Source of the DNA: Verrucomicrobiia bacterium
GTDB lineage: Bacteria > Verrucomicrobiota > Verrucomicrobiia > Limisphaerales > UBA11358
Assembly (NCBI GenBank): GCA_035546095.1
Contig: DASZXB010000047.1
Span: forward strand, 26,905-90,904
DNA length: 64,000 nucleotides
Reading direction: 5' to 3'
The translations under genes were made by a program, and so were the position numbers. Below, one piece after another: positions 38,493 to 46,425 of the stretch (position 1 is its first letter; each line of letters starts with the position of its first letter). The notes beneath the pieces were generated by a model. The model did not search any database, had not been told where the DNA came from, and saw only the letters and a list, made by a program, of their open reading frames with translations.

Positions 38493-38728
38493 TTGAATAC
38501 CGGAAACAAAGTTAATACCAAAACCTGAAAACAAATTCCCAAACCGAAACCAACAACCAAACCAAGAATTAAAGAAGCAACTAAATGAATAGATTTAGGG
38601 CAAGGAAACAAAACTTTGCCTTCAGAAGTTACAACAGTTTGACCGCCTTCAAGCGTCAAAATTGTGCGACGTGCCTTGGAATCAAACTTGACCCCGATAA
38701 CGCGCTTGCAACCGTAGAATTCGTCCAT
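38489..38728 (-). CDS. small C-terminally TM-anchored protein, first gene of phage A
   Basis: 79 aa with TM LVASLILGLVVGFGLGICFQVLVL. Confidence 0.45.
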   Translation of the reverse strand: MDEFYGCKRVIGVKFDSKARRTILTLEGGQTVVTSEGKVLFPCPKSIHLVASLILGLVVGFGLGICFQVLVLTLFPVFK

Positions 38729-38784
38729 GCAACCGCAGTTATAGCATGTTTTTTGAAAAAGAGACCGTTTTGAAAGACCTCAAC

Positions 38785-38817
38785 AATTAAAGCTACACAA
38801 TGTTTGTTATATTTAAT
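38785..38817 (+). repeat. middle dif-like site between the two prophages
   Basis: aattaaagctacacaa-tgtttg-ttatatttaat. The left part matches 30587-30608 and the right part matches 46437-46453. Confidence 0.6.
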
Positions 38818-39058
38818 TAGTCTATTTTCAAAAACCTGTGGTAAAACTTGCGTGTGCAAGACGCGCAAACAGCGTTAAAACAAGTAAAGCTACAATTTTG
38901 TGGCCTTCAGCGATTGCAGAACGGCACTTATATGCCGCTTTGGAATTTGATGCAAGCTGCGGACGGTCTTGCACTTCATTCAACATATTCGGAGAACACA
39001 CTTCGGCTGAAAGGGTTTTTTGTTCCAATTCCGACAGGATATAAGCGACAAGATTTGT

Positions 39059-39430
39059 ATGAACCTCTCTGAACTACAAACGAACGCTTCATTTCAGGCT
39101 TCGCTTTATTCGCTCTATAATTTTACGAAAATGCGGGTGGAAAGTGCTCGGTGTTCTGCGCGTCATGGTCATAAAGATGAAGCCTCTAATTTTCTTCGTT
39201 ACGTTCGCGGTGCTTCCATTGTTCAAATTTTGAAGTGTTACCAAAATGACGGTGTGCTGGACATAGATTTGTCGCATTTGGAATGGCAACTTCGCGAATT
39301 GGAAAATGATTGTCATCCAATGACGCAGCCGGATTTTAAGGATGATTTCGCCTTGATACTGTTGAGATTGGATTCTTTGGCTCACTGTCTTTCAAAACTT
39401 CAACCTGCACAAACCCGTAATATACTATGA
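39059..39430 (+). CDS. hypothetical phage regulatory-module protein (phage B)
   Basis: First of a chain of ATGA-coupled genes. An alternative TTG start lies at 39020. Confidence 0.5.
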   Translation: MNLSELQTNASFQASLYSLYNFTKMRVESARCSARHGHKDEASNFLRYVRGASIVQILKCYQNDGVLDIDLSHLEWQLRELENDCHPMTQPDFKDDFALILLRLDSLAHCLSKLQPAQTRNIL

Positions 39431-39618
39431 AACATTGTAACTGTGAAATTTGCCAACGTAGGCGAGATAAGTTTTCTTCTTTTCGTTTTTTGGGGATGCA
39501 GGTTGGTTCTGGCTCTTTGCGTGAAGAGTATTTTGTAATCTTTTTTTTTCAAATTTTTATGTTCTCTGTTGGTGTTAAATTTGGTTTGGAATTTTTCTTT
39601 TCACTTATTCAACAATGA
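39427..39618 (+). CDS. small Cys-rich/TM protein (phage B)
   Basis: ATGA overlaps at both ends (39427 and 39615). Has a CNCEIC motif and a hydrophobic C-terminus. Confidence 0.45.
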   Translation: MKHCNCEICQRRRDKFSSFRFLGMQVGSGSLREEYFVIFFFQIFMFSVGVKFGLEFFFSLIQQ

Positions 39619-40358
39619 AATATCGCCCAGTAGATGTATTGAGAAAGTTCGTGTTACGCAAGTGTATCGAGCATTTGGTCGTAACCAGTGAACACGCCGT
39701 CTGGTTCAACCTGACTTTTTGGGAGAATGTTACCGAAAAGCCATACGCTAATAAATGTTGGGACAAATTCTCGAAAGCACTTCGCAAGCAACATCCGGGC
39801 TTTCGTTTTGTTGGCGTATGGGCGCGTCAAGCGCGTGGCGCATGGCACATTCACGGCGTTTGTAATACGCGATTTGATATAGAGTGGCTTCGGCGCAAGG
39901 CCATGCGATGTGGCTTCGGCACGCAAATGTTCGTCAAGGAACTTGATTCTGATCCAAAGACGCCGGAGAAGATTTCTCGGTATATCACTGGTTATGTCAC
40001 GGATAAAAACTGCCTTGATTCTGAACGCGATAAAGGAGTTCGCCGCACAATTTTTGTCGGTAAAAATGTCAAGGTCATTGATATGCGCTACAAGTCCGGC
40101 CTGAAACGAGTAGTCAGTCGAGGTCGTGAAATTCTCCAAGACGCGGATTCTACCTTAACGAAATTTGAGCGTGAATTTTCTCCGCCTGAACATCGCAAGA
40201 AAGTATTTGAGACATGGGGCGACTGGTATCGCCGTTGTCGTGCGCATTGGTTTGATTTGGGCTGGGCTTCTTTAACGGATGAGGAGCGTGAGGAAATTCT
40301 TCAATTAGATTATTACACGCAACGCTATTTGGATACTGGTCAATGGAGTTACGTATGA
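39615..40358 (+). CDS. HUH rolling-circle replication initiator (phage B)
   Basis: Motifs FNLTF, AWHIHGVC (HUH) and YITGYVTDK. Not obviously an orthologue of the phage A Rep. Confidence 0.7.
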   Translation: MKYRPVDVLRKFVLRKCIEHLVVTSEHAVWFNLTFWENVTEKPYANKCWDKFSKALRKQHPGFRFVGVWARQARGAWHIHGVCNTRFDIEWLRRKAMRCGFGTQMFVKELDSDPKTPEKISRYITGYVTDKNCLDSERDKGVRRTIFVGKNVKVIDMRYKSGLKRVVSRGREILQDADSTLTKFEREFSPPEHRKKVFETWGDWYRRCRAHWFDLGWASLTDEEREEILQLDYYTQRYLDTGQWSYV

Positions 40359-40687
40359 TTTTAACTCTGCGTATAAACGATGAAGAATTGAAGATGATAG
40401 ATGAAATTCTGTCGTCTGAATTCTGTGAATCCGAAAATCGCTCTGAATGGCTTCGGCTTTTGATTCATCGTGAATGGAATAAACGTAAAAGGCTTGGTGT
40501 TCCCAAATCTGTAGACTTTGCGACTTCGTTTCGTTCGTTTGGTGGCCATATTTATGGTCAACCTTTTAAGTCTCGTATGTCTGGTGGCGTAATACACCGA
40601 CGCCGGCGTGACAAGATTTCTCCCCTGCCCGTTCGTGCGGCTGGTGGAGACAAGTCAACAGCACGAAAAACTAAAACTGTAAAATAA
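40355..40687 (+). CDS. ribbon-helix-helix (CopG-like) protein (phage B)
   Basis: MILTLRINDEELKMIDEIL...IHREWNKRKRLGVPKS. ATGA-coupled to Rep. Confidence 0.65.
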   Translation: MILTLRINDEELKMIDEILSSEFCESENRSEWLRLLIHREWNKRKRLGVPKSVDFATSFRSFGGHIYGQPFKSRMSGGVIHRRRRDKISPLPVRAAGGDKSTARKTKTVK

Positions 40688-40689
40688 CT

Positions 40690-41010
40690 ATGGCACAGGA
40701 AGCAAAAACAGAACTGCCGAAACCGTTGCTTGAAGCATTGGCTAAAGGTCGAATTGTCTTTTATGGCGAATTTCGGCGGGGTCAAGCGGTTGAATTCTCA
40801 AGCAAAGGCGGCAAGGTATATCATCAGACAAAATGCACCGTTGAAACGGATACCGGCACGATAACTGTGACGGAATTCATGCCGGATGGGGTTGATTGGC
40901 AAAACTGGAAAGCACCGTTCACACGTGGGCAAATGGTCTATGGCGTATGTCGCACAGTCGAGGAACAAAGTGGTGTTCAGGTAACATCGGCTAAATTGTA
41001 TGCCGTATAG
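40690..41010 (+). CDS. small phage protein, possible ssDNA-binding protein (by position only)
   Basis: 106-aa ORF in the replication module. No motif recognised. Confidence 0.3.
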   Translation: MAQEAKTELPKPLLEALAKGRIVFYGEFRRGQAVEFSSKGGKVYHQTKCTVETDTGTITVTEFMPDGVDWQNWKAPFTRGQMVYGVCRTVEEQSGVQVTSAKLYAV

Positions 41011-41018
41011 TAAGGCAA

Positions 41019-41045
41019 AGGCTACCGCGCGGAGCGCGGTGGCCT
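41019..41045 (+). other. conserved GC hairpin with a GGA loop (phage B)
   Basis: aggctaccgcgc-gga-gcgcggtggcct, a 12-bp stem including one G-U pair. Confidence 0.5.
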
Positions 41046-41081
41046 ATGCTTGATTAAAGGTGAAACATCTCACTTTTGGAA

Positions 41082-41321
41082 ATGAAGATAAAAGGACATT
41101 GGTTTTGTGATAATTGCGATGATGTCGTTTTCCTGGCGTATGAACGTCCGTCGCAGAATGTCCCCTGCCCTGTGTGTGGACATCTGGCCTGTCATTTTAT
41201 TCCTGCCCCGATACGACGAAAGGAATTGGGCGAGTATTGGTTTCGGAAGATGCGTGAAGAAATTGATAAGGCAACTACGCCTGAATTATTTGATCAACGT
41301 TCGCACAAGGAAATGTTATGA
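41082..41321 (+). CDS. Zn-ribbon protein (phage B)
   Basis: CDNCDD...CPVCGH. Nearly identical to the phage A copy. Confidence 0.7.
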   Translation: MKIKGHWFCDNCDDVVFLAYERPSQNVPCPVCGHLACHFIPAPIRRKELGEYWFRKMREEIDKATTPELFDQRSHKEML

Positions 41322-41446
41322 TGAAAGATTCTACTTTTTGGCTTTTAATTTTGTCTTTAATTATGTGTTCAATTTTTGCTTTTTCTTTTGGTTGGTGGGC
41401 AGGTCGGCATGAATTGATGGTAGAATTATTTAATAATTTGAAATGA
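41318..41446 (+). CDS. 42-aa single-TM protein, below the ORF-track cutoff (phage B)
   Basis: My translation is MMKDSTFWLLILSLIMCSIFAFSFGWWAGRHELMVELFNNLK. The ATG overlaps the Zn-ribbon stop (ATGA). Confidence 0.4.
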   Translation: MMKDSTFWLLILSLIMCSIFAFSFGWWAGRHELMVELFNNLK

Positions 41447-41572
41447 ATTTCCAACATCGCATGAGGCGTTGTTGTGGCGCATTGGAGCGGCGTCTGTTAC
41501 GTGTGCAATAGCTGTGACAGGTCGGATTTAAGCGCGGTTGGTAACCTCCGTAAAAGCCAGCCATTAAATTTT

Positions 41573-41827
41573 ATGACTAAATTTTCGGCTGATATTTTGC
41601 GTCGTCGCAAAAATCGTTCTGTTCGTTTGTCGCAGTATCAGGCTTTGTGTGTGGGGTTTGATTCTGGGCTTGTCTCTTTAGGAATGGCGGCTTGGTTGTT
41701 GGATTTGTCTCGTGAGCAAGTGAGACGTTTAATTTTAGCGGGACGCTTATTGACTGTTCAAATTTCTGGTCAACGTTTGGTACGATTTGATTCTGTTTTG
41801 AATTACGTCCCCAAAAATATGCGCTAA
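41573..41827 (+). CDS. excisionase/MerR-like HTH protein (phage B)
   Basis: MAAWLLDLSREQVRRLILAGRLLTVQISGQRLV. ATG at 41573 chosen by alignment with phage A. Confidence 0.65.
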   Translation: MTKFSADILRRRKNRSVRLSQYQALCVGFDSGLVSLGMAAWLLDLSREQVRRLILAGRLLTVQISGQRLVRFDSVLNYVPKNMR

Positions 41828-41978
41828 TGACTAATGGCGTTATGAAAATTATCATTATTATTGGTGCGAATGGTGGGACTGTGGTTGCTTCTTCGTATTG
41901 TCCTATTGAAAGAGTGATTCCTAGGGTGTATAAGCAGTAAATTCCGATAGTGAACCATTTTCCGTAGTTTCTTTTCAT
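41577..41978 (-). CDS. antisense-oriented two-TM protein ORF (phage B), extent uncertain
   Basis: The N-terminal part (41830-41978) lies in the HTH-coat gap and has two TM segments. The remainder overlaps the HTH gene antisense. Confidence 0.3.
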   Translation of the reverse strand: MKRNYGKWFTIGIYCLYTLGITLSIGQYEEATTVPPFAPIIMIIFITPLVISAYFWGRNSKQNQIVPNVDQKFEQSISVPLKLNVSLAHETNPTTKPPFLKRQAQNQTPHTKPDTATNEQNDFCDDAKYQPKI

Positions 41979-42105
41979 ATGTGGTTATTTCTAACTGTGT
42001 TAATTGTCCACTGTGGCTTTTTGCCACGTTACATAACAGCACAAATTTTGCCAAAATTCCTTTTAGTCAAAGCAATTTCGCTTTGATGTAACTGAAAGGA
42101 AACAA

Positions 42106-42360
42106 ATGAAAAAGTTAGTTAAATATGCTGCTGTTGCGGTTGTGAAAACGGAGCAATTCCTTGCACGTCACGCGAAAGTGTTGGTGATTGTTGGGGTTTT
42201 TGCTTTGGGTTCTTTGGGTGTCTATGCTGATGATACTGCTCCCGATGCGACTTCCATTGCCACGAACGCGCAGACTGCTTTCGGAGTGATTGCTCCGATT
42301 ACTATTACGATTGCAGGATTCTATGTGATTCTGCGTATCGCTAAACGTGTTGTGTCTTGA
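42106..42360 (+). CDS. major coat protein (g8p-like, phage B)
   Basis: Signal peptide, acidic DDTAPDATS, hydrophobic IAPITITIAGFYVIL and basic RIAKRVVS. Homologous to the phage A coat. Confidence 0.8.
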   Translation: MKKLVKYAAVAVVKTEQFLARHAKVLVIVGVFALGSLGVYADDTAPDATSIATNAQTAFGVIAPITITIAGFYVILRIAKRVVS

Positions 42361-42373
42361 TTAAATTTTCTTT

Positions 42374-42406
42374 CGCGGCCTCATTGTGCCGGACTGTGAG
42401 GCCGCG
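42374..42406 (+). terminator. stem-loop between the coat and g3p-like genes (phage B)
   Basis: cgcggcctca-(13 nt)-tgaggccgcg, a 10-bp perfect stem. Confidence 0.6.
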
Positions 42407-42428
42407 AAGGGAAATGAAAATTTTCCTT

Positions 42429-43907
42429 ATGCGCAAGCTGCTTCCAATTTTCTTTTTGCTGATTTGTATTTCGTTGGGTGCTTCCACCTTTACGTTTAAC
42501 CTTCAAAACGCTGGTCAGACTAATTTAGTTTCTGCTGATATTTTACTTTATACGAATGGTGTTTATTTTGCTGCCTTGACGCCTTCTCCTCAATCTTTCT
42601 CTGTTGGTGCGTCTGCTACCGCTACCGCCACTTCTACTTCTTGGTTTCCGTTTTCGGTTTCGGCTTTTGTCACTTATCAGCCGATAAGTTCTGCTCATCC
42701 TGTCGAGACTAATTCGCTTTTTCCTGTTCCTTTGAATCTTCAGCAAGGTTCTGTTAATATATTTCTTTATCCCGGTGGATTAAGTTCATCGGTTTCTGTT
42801 ACTCGCACTGTCTTTAACTATGAGACTACTCCTGTTATGGCTTATTTTAAGCAAAATGGAGTTTTGCAATATCAGAAACTCATAAGTCCATCAACTTTTG
42901 TCACTTACACTTATTCTGCTGTTAATCCTTCTGTGGATACTCTTTCGTGGGGTTATGATACTGGTCAGGCTGTAACTTTGCCTGATGGTTCTGGCGGTCT
43001 TTCTGTTACCAATTTGCTTTTGGATAATTCAGGCAGTTATTCGGCTGGCAATGATGTTTCGCAGCAAAGTTCTACTCCTTTGGGTCAACAGAGTTCTTCT
43101 AATTTAGTGACTCAAGGCCCGATAAGTTATCAGAGTGGAGCGCAAACGAATATAGACATGGCGGGATTTAATATGTTGGCCAGTCAAAACAATCAAATGC
43201 TTTTGAATCAGCAGCAGGCATTGAACTACTGGACAAATGCGATTGGTCAGATTTACGCGGTGCGGCAGGATTTAGAGGGACGTGTTATTGTCGTCTCAAA
43301 CATTAGCGGTAGTATGGGCGGTGGTGGCGGTTCGTCGAACGTAGTGGGATTGTCCTCGAATGTTTTTGTGATCAATTGGCCAACGAATGCAGGCACGATG
43401 GACAATTCATTCACAAACATTGCTGCTCCCGATTACGATTTTTCGACATTTTCCAACGCTCTGACTGGTTTAGACATGTCTGCTACTAATACTTTTAACG
43501 ACATAAATTCATTTACTAATATTACCGTTGAATATCCTTATGCGACGAACGTTGCTGATGCCACTTCCTATTCGGATGGACTTTTTTCTTCTTTGGAAAC
43601 AGACATGCAGAATTTCATTGATGGCATTACCGATTTTTCATCTGGCATGAGTGATTATTATCCTGCTGTAGATATGGTTTATACATTTACTTTGCCCGGT
43701 GCTGGTTCTAAAACGATAGATTTTGATCCACTTCACAATGTCTCTTTGGCTGCTTTGATTGCTGTGGTGCGTCAACTGTTTGAGTGGGGTTTGGTTTTCC
43801 TTTTCCTTCAGAAAGTTTTGAAAGATATGTTTCAGCTTCTTCTTGTTATGGAAGGAGCGCATGGTTCGATGAGTCAACAAGTGACAACCCAGATAAAGAA
43901 GAACTAA
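42429..43907 (+). CDS. g3p-like minor coat/adsorption protein (phage B)
   Basis: Signal peptide MRKLLPIFFLLICISL, GSMGGGGGSS linker and a C-terminal hydrophobic anchor. The central roughly 80 aa are almost identical to phage A. Confidence 0.7.
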   Translation: MRKLLPIFFLLICISLGASTFTFNLQNAGQTNLVSADILLYTNGVYFAALTPSPQSFSVGASATATATSTSWFPFSVSAFVTYQPISSAHPVETNSLFPVPLNLQQGSVNIFLYPGGLSSSVSVTRTVFNYETTPVMAYFKQNGVLQYQKLISPSTFVTYTYSAVNPSVDTLSWGYDTGQAVTLPDGSGGLSVTNLLLDNSGSYSAGNDVSQQSSTPLGQQSSSNLVTQGPISYQSGAQTNIDMAGFNMLASQNNQMLLNQQQALNYWTNAIGQIYAVRQDLEGRVIVVSNISGSMGGGGGSSNVVGLSSNVFVINWPTNAGTMDNSFTNIAAPDYDFSTFSNALTGLDMSATNTFNDINSFTNITVEYPYATNVADATSYSDGLFSSLETDMQNFIDGITDFSSGMSDYYPAVDMVYTFTLPGAGSKTIDFDPLHNVSLAALIAVVRQLFEWGLVFLFLQKVLKDMFQLLLVMEGAHGSMSQQVTTQIKKN

Positions 43908-43914
43908 ATATTTT

Positions 43915-44421
43915 ATGCCTGCATTTTTGATTCCGATTGTAGAGTGGCTTGGTGAATTTTTGGCTGATTCCGTTTTGCCTTGGCTTTTTCGTTACTTGAT
44001 TCAGCCATTATATCAGTGGGTTTTGCTTCCTTCGGTTCGTTTTCTTTGGATTCCCCTTTGGCAACTTTTAGGTGAGCCCATAAAGTGGCTTTGGAATGTT
44101 ATTTCTAATTGGTTTTCTCAATTTTTGGCGGCAAAAGTTATTCAGCGTAGTGTGATTTCTGCGATAGTTTTTGCTGGGCTTGGGCTTTGGGCGGCTTTTT
44201 TGGGTGGTTTTTGGACGTGGGTATCTGGCAATGGTCTGCGTGAACTTTTTTCAACCAATCCTCTGACTGGTGCGCCTGCTGGGGTTCTTTATTTGGTTTC
44301 GTATGCCTTGCCATTGAAATTTATGTTTGGGATTTCGATTGCTTACGTGCAATGGAAATTTAGTGCTGCGCTTGCTGCGATACATTTGAACCGTGTTATG
44401 AAAGCCTTGTTTGGATTTTGA
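43915..44421 (+). CDS. g6p-like multi-TM virion/assembly protein (phage B)
   Basis: The block GLRELFSTNPLTGAPAGVLYL is homologous to phage A 33575-33970. Confidence 0.6.
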   Translation: MPAFLIPIVEWLGEFLADSVLPWLFRYLIQPLYQWVLLPSVRFLWIPLWQLLGEPIKWLWNVISNWFSQFLAAKVIQRSVISAIVFAGLGLWAAFLGGFWTWVSGNGLRELFSTNPLTGAPAGVLYLVSYALPLKFMFGISIAYVQWKFSAALAAIHLNRVMKALFGF

Positions 44422-44424
44422 TTT

Positions 44425-44733
44425 ATGGATAATACACTTACATTTGAAAACTGTGTTTGTTTTGGGATTGGTATGGGCGTGGTTTATATGATGTTCCGCT
44501 CGATGGGGGTTTTTGTTTTTCTTCTGCTTTTGAGCCTTGCCTTTTCTTCTTCTGCGCAAACGACAAATCTTACCGAAATTGTCCCCTCCCCTTTGCCGGT
44601 GGTGATTTCATCGCCGTCCACGCCGGATTATTGGCCTGCTGCGGGAGCTGGTATCAGTTTTGGTTTTACCGTTTGCGGCTTTGGCTGGGTTCTTCGCATG
44701 GCACGGCGTGTAGTGCCTTCTACTTATGAGTAA
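44425..44733 (+). CDS. small secreted coat-like membrane protein (phage B)
   Basis: Internal signal-peptide-like segment FVFLLLLSLAFSSSAQ and C-terminal TM plus basic tail GFGWVLRMARRV. The true start may be internal. Confidence 0.5.
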   Translation: MDNTLTFENCVCFGIGMGVVYMMFRSMGVFVFLLLLSLAFSSSAQTTNLTEIVPSPLPVVISSPSTPDYWPAAGAGISFGFTVCGFGWVLRMARRVVPSTYE

Positions 44734-44878
44734 AAAAGTTTTTCTTAATTCCGTTCGGGTTGTTTCCTTTCGGCGCGTCCGCTTTTTTTCGACGTGGCAG
44801 GATGCTTTGACCGCGTTGCGTCCTTTTGTTGGTTTTTCGCAAGCCATCCGCATTTTCGACGATTTCTTTAAGCTGTGA
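44726..44878 (+). CDS. 50-aa ORF coupled to the Zot start, below the ORF-track cutoff (phage B)
   Basis: My translation is MSKKVFLNSVRVVSFRRVRFFSTWQDALTALRPFVGFSQAIRIFDDFFKL. Its TGA overlaps the Zot GTG (GTGA). Confidence 0.35.
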   Translation: MSKKVFLNSVRVVSFRRVRFFSTWQDALTALRPFVGFSQAIRIFDDFFKL

Positions 44879-46377
44879 ATTATTCTATTTCTGGCAAGCC
44901 CGGGGACGGCAAGGGGATGCTCTCTTGCCGTTTTATTCTTCACGAATTGAAAGTCTCTAACCGCCCCATCATTACCGATATGGCTATCGAGAAAGCCCCT
45001 TGGGTTTCTGGCTCTGAATCCCGCATTGGTCTTTTGCATTACCTTGCCTTAAATAATCGCGGTCGCACGTTTGATGCTGCTGAACGCATCTTTCGTATTA
45101 CGGATTCCGCTGCCCCCAACTTTTTCCTTTATCGCGCCATGAGTTCGCGGCATATAAAAACGCTTGGCGATAAACACCTTCAAGGCTATCGCGAAGTGAC
45201 CCCTGATGATAAAGTTTTGCATCCTGACGACTGGCGATTTCACAATGACTGGAAGCTTTTTGTAGCTGACCACAAACTGAAAGATTTGAAAGATGGCAAG
45301 CAATGTGTTGTTGAATGGGACACGCGCCTTGCTATTGCTTCGGGGGGTCATTATATCAATATGGATGAGTGTTGGATAAAGTGGCCTGCGCGCGGTTGGA
45401 ATTCAACTGCGGCGGGGATTCTCTTTTATTGCTCAATGGTTCGTCGCTTTGGTGACGATTGCTTTTTCCAAAGTCAGCGTATCGCAGACGTGGATTCTAT
45501 TTTGATGGACAGATGCCAAAAGTTTTTGGTTTGCCGAAATCATTCAAGATTGCAGTTTGGTGCTTTCCAGCAATTCCCAATTTTTTCTGTGGCGGCTTAT
45601 GATCATAAGCCAACTCCTTCCTCTGATGCCATGTCCCGAAAATTTTATCGGATAGATAAAAAAGGAATTGGCCAGTGTTACGATACTTCTGGCGGCGTAA
45701 ATGTTGCTGGCGGCGTTCTTGCAGATTCAAAGCGTAAAAATTCTGGAATTCCATTTTGGCTCCTGCCAATAGTCGCTCTCCTCTGTTTGGCTTTGGTGGT
45801 TTATGTCTTTAAGAAAGCTCCGCATTACATATTTTCTTTTTTCCATCATCCGGCTTCCAAATCTGTGCAGCAAGTTGCCCTGTCCGGGCAGAGGACTAAT
45901 AGCCCTGCACAAACTGAAGACTCTCTGCGCGATAGCGCACAGCAACAAGCTGTGCTTCCTAAAAGCAATTCTGAAAATACAGACACGAATGTAGTTTTAT
46001 GCACAGGCTACGTCTATTTCCCTAACCGCATTATCGTGCAACTGTCAGACGGCCGCACAGCGGATTCACTTTATGGTGAAGTGCAAGCGATTAACCCGCG
46101 TCGGGTAACAGTGTTTGGTCAAACTTTTCAAGTCCAACATTTGCTCAACTCACAAATTGCTTACTCCCCTGCTCCGTCTATGTATCAGCCTGATTACAGC
46201 CAGCTTCAGACAGACAATCAGCAATCTTGGCAGCAAAGCCAGCCTGTGACTGTTATCGGTCAAAATTGGAAAAGCCGTAATACGGCTTCCCCTGTTAATG
46301 GGTTTGGCAATTCAACGATAGCCAATCGGATGGGGCAATCCGCCGGCGGAACTGTGCAGCAAGGTTCTTATCCTTGA
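44875..46377 (+). CDS. Zot/pI-like inovirus assembly ATPase (phage B)
   Basis: Walker A GKPGDGKG, Walker B INMDECW and TM WLLPIVALLCLALVVYVF. GTG start (an in-frame stop lies 2 codons upstream). Confidence 0.85.
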   Translation: MNYSISGKPGDGKGMLSCRFILHELKVSNRPIITDMAIEKAPWVSGSESRIGLLHYLALNNRGRTFDAAERIFRITDSAAPNFFLYRAMSSRHIKTLGDKHLQGYREVTPDDKVLHPDDWRFHNDWKLFVADHKLKDLKDGKQCVVEWDTRLAIASGGHYINMDECWIKWPARGWNSTAAGILFYCSMVRRFGDDCFFQSQRIADVDSILMDRCQKFLVCRNHSRLQFGAFQQFPIFSVAAYDHKPTPSSDAMSRKFYRIDKKGIGQCYDTSGGVNVAGGVLADSKRKNSGIPFWLLPIVALLCLALVVYVFKKAPHYIFSFFHHPASKSVQQVALSGQRTNSPAQTEDSLRDSAQQQAVLPKSNSENTDTNVVLCTGYVYFPNRIIVQLSDGRTADSLYGEVQAINPRRVTVFGQTFQVQHLLNSQIAYSPAPSMYQPDYSQLQTDNQQSWQQSQPVTVIGQNWKSRNTASPVNGFGNSTIANRMGQSAGGTVQQGSYP

Positions 46378-46425
46378 AATACTTGTCAACGATATTCACA
46401 AACTTTTAACATTCTTATTTACAAG

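Larger units (their letters stand above)
30587..38817 (-). mobile_element. filamentous (inovirus-like) prophage A, genes on the minus strand
   Basis: Complete Rep / RHH / Zn-ribbon / HTH / coat / g3p-like / g6p-like / Zot gene set, A/T-richer than the flanks, bounded by dif-like direct repeats. Confidence 0.85.

Noticed and set aside
38828-39072. Three overlapping 66-74-aa ORFs (both strands) at the left end of phage B, considered as a possible divergent repressor gene
   Set aside because: They are mutually exclusive, two use TTG starts, no HTH or other motif is visible, and there is no counterpart in phage A. The region is more likely a promoter or operator.
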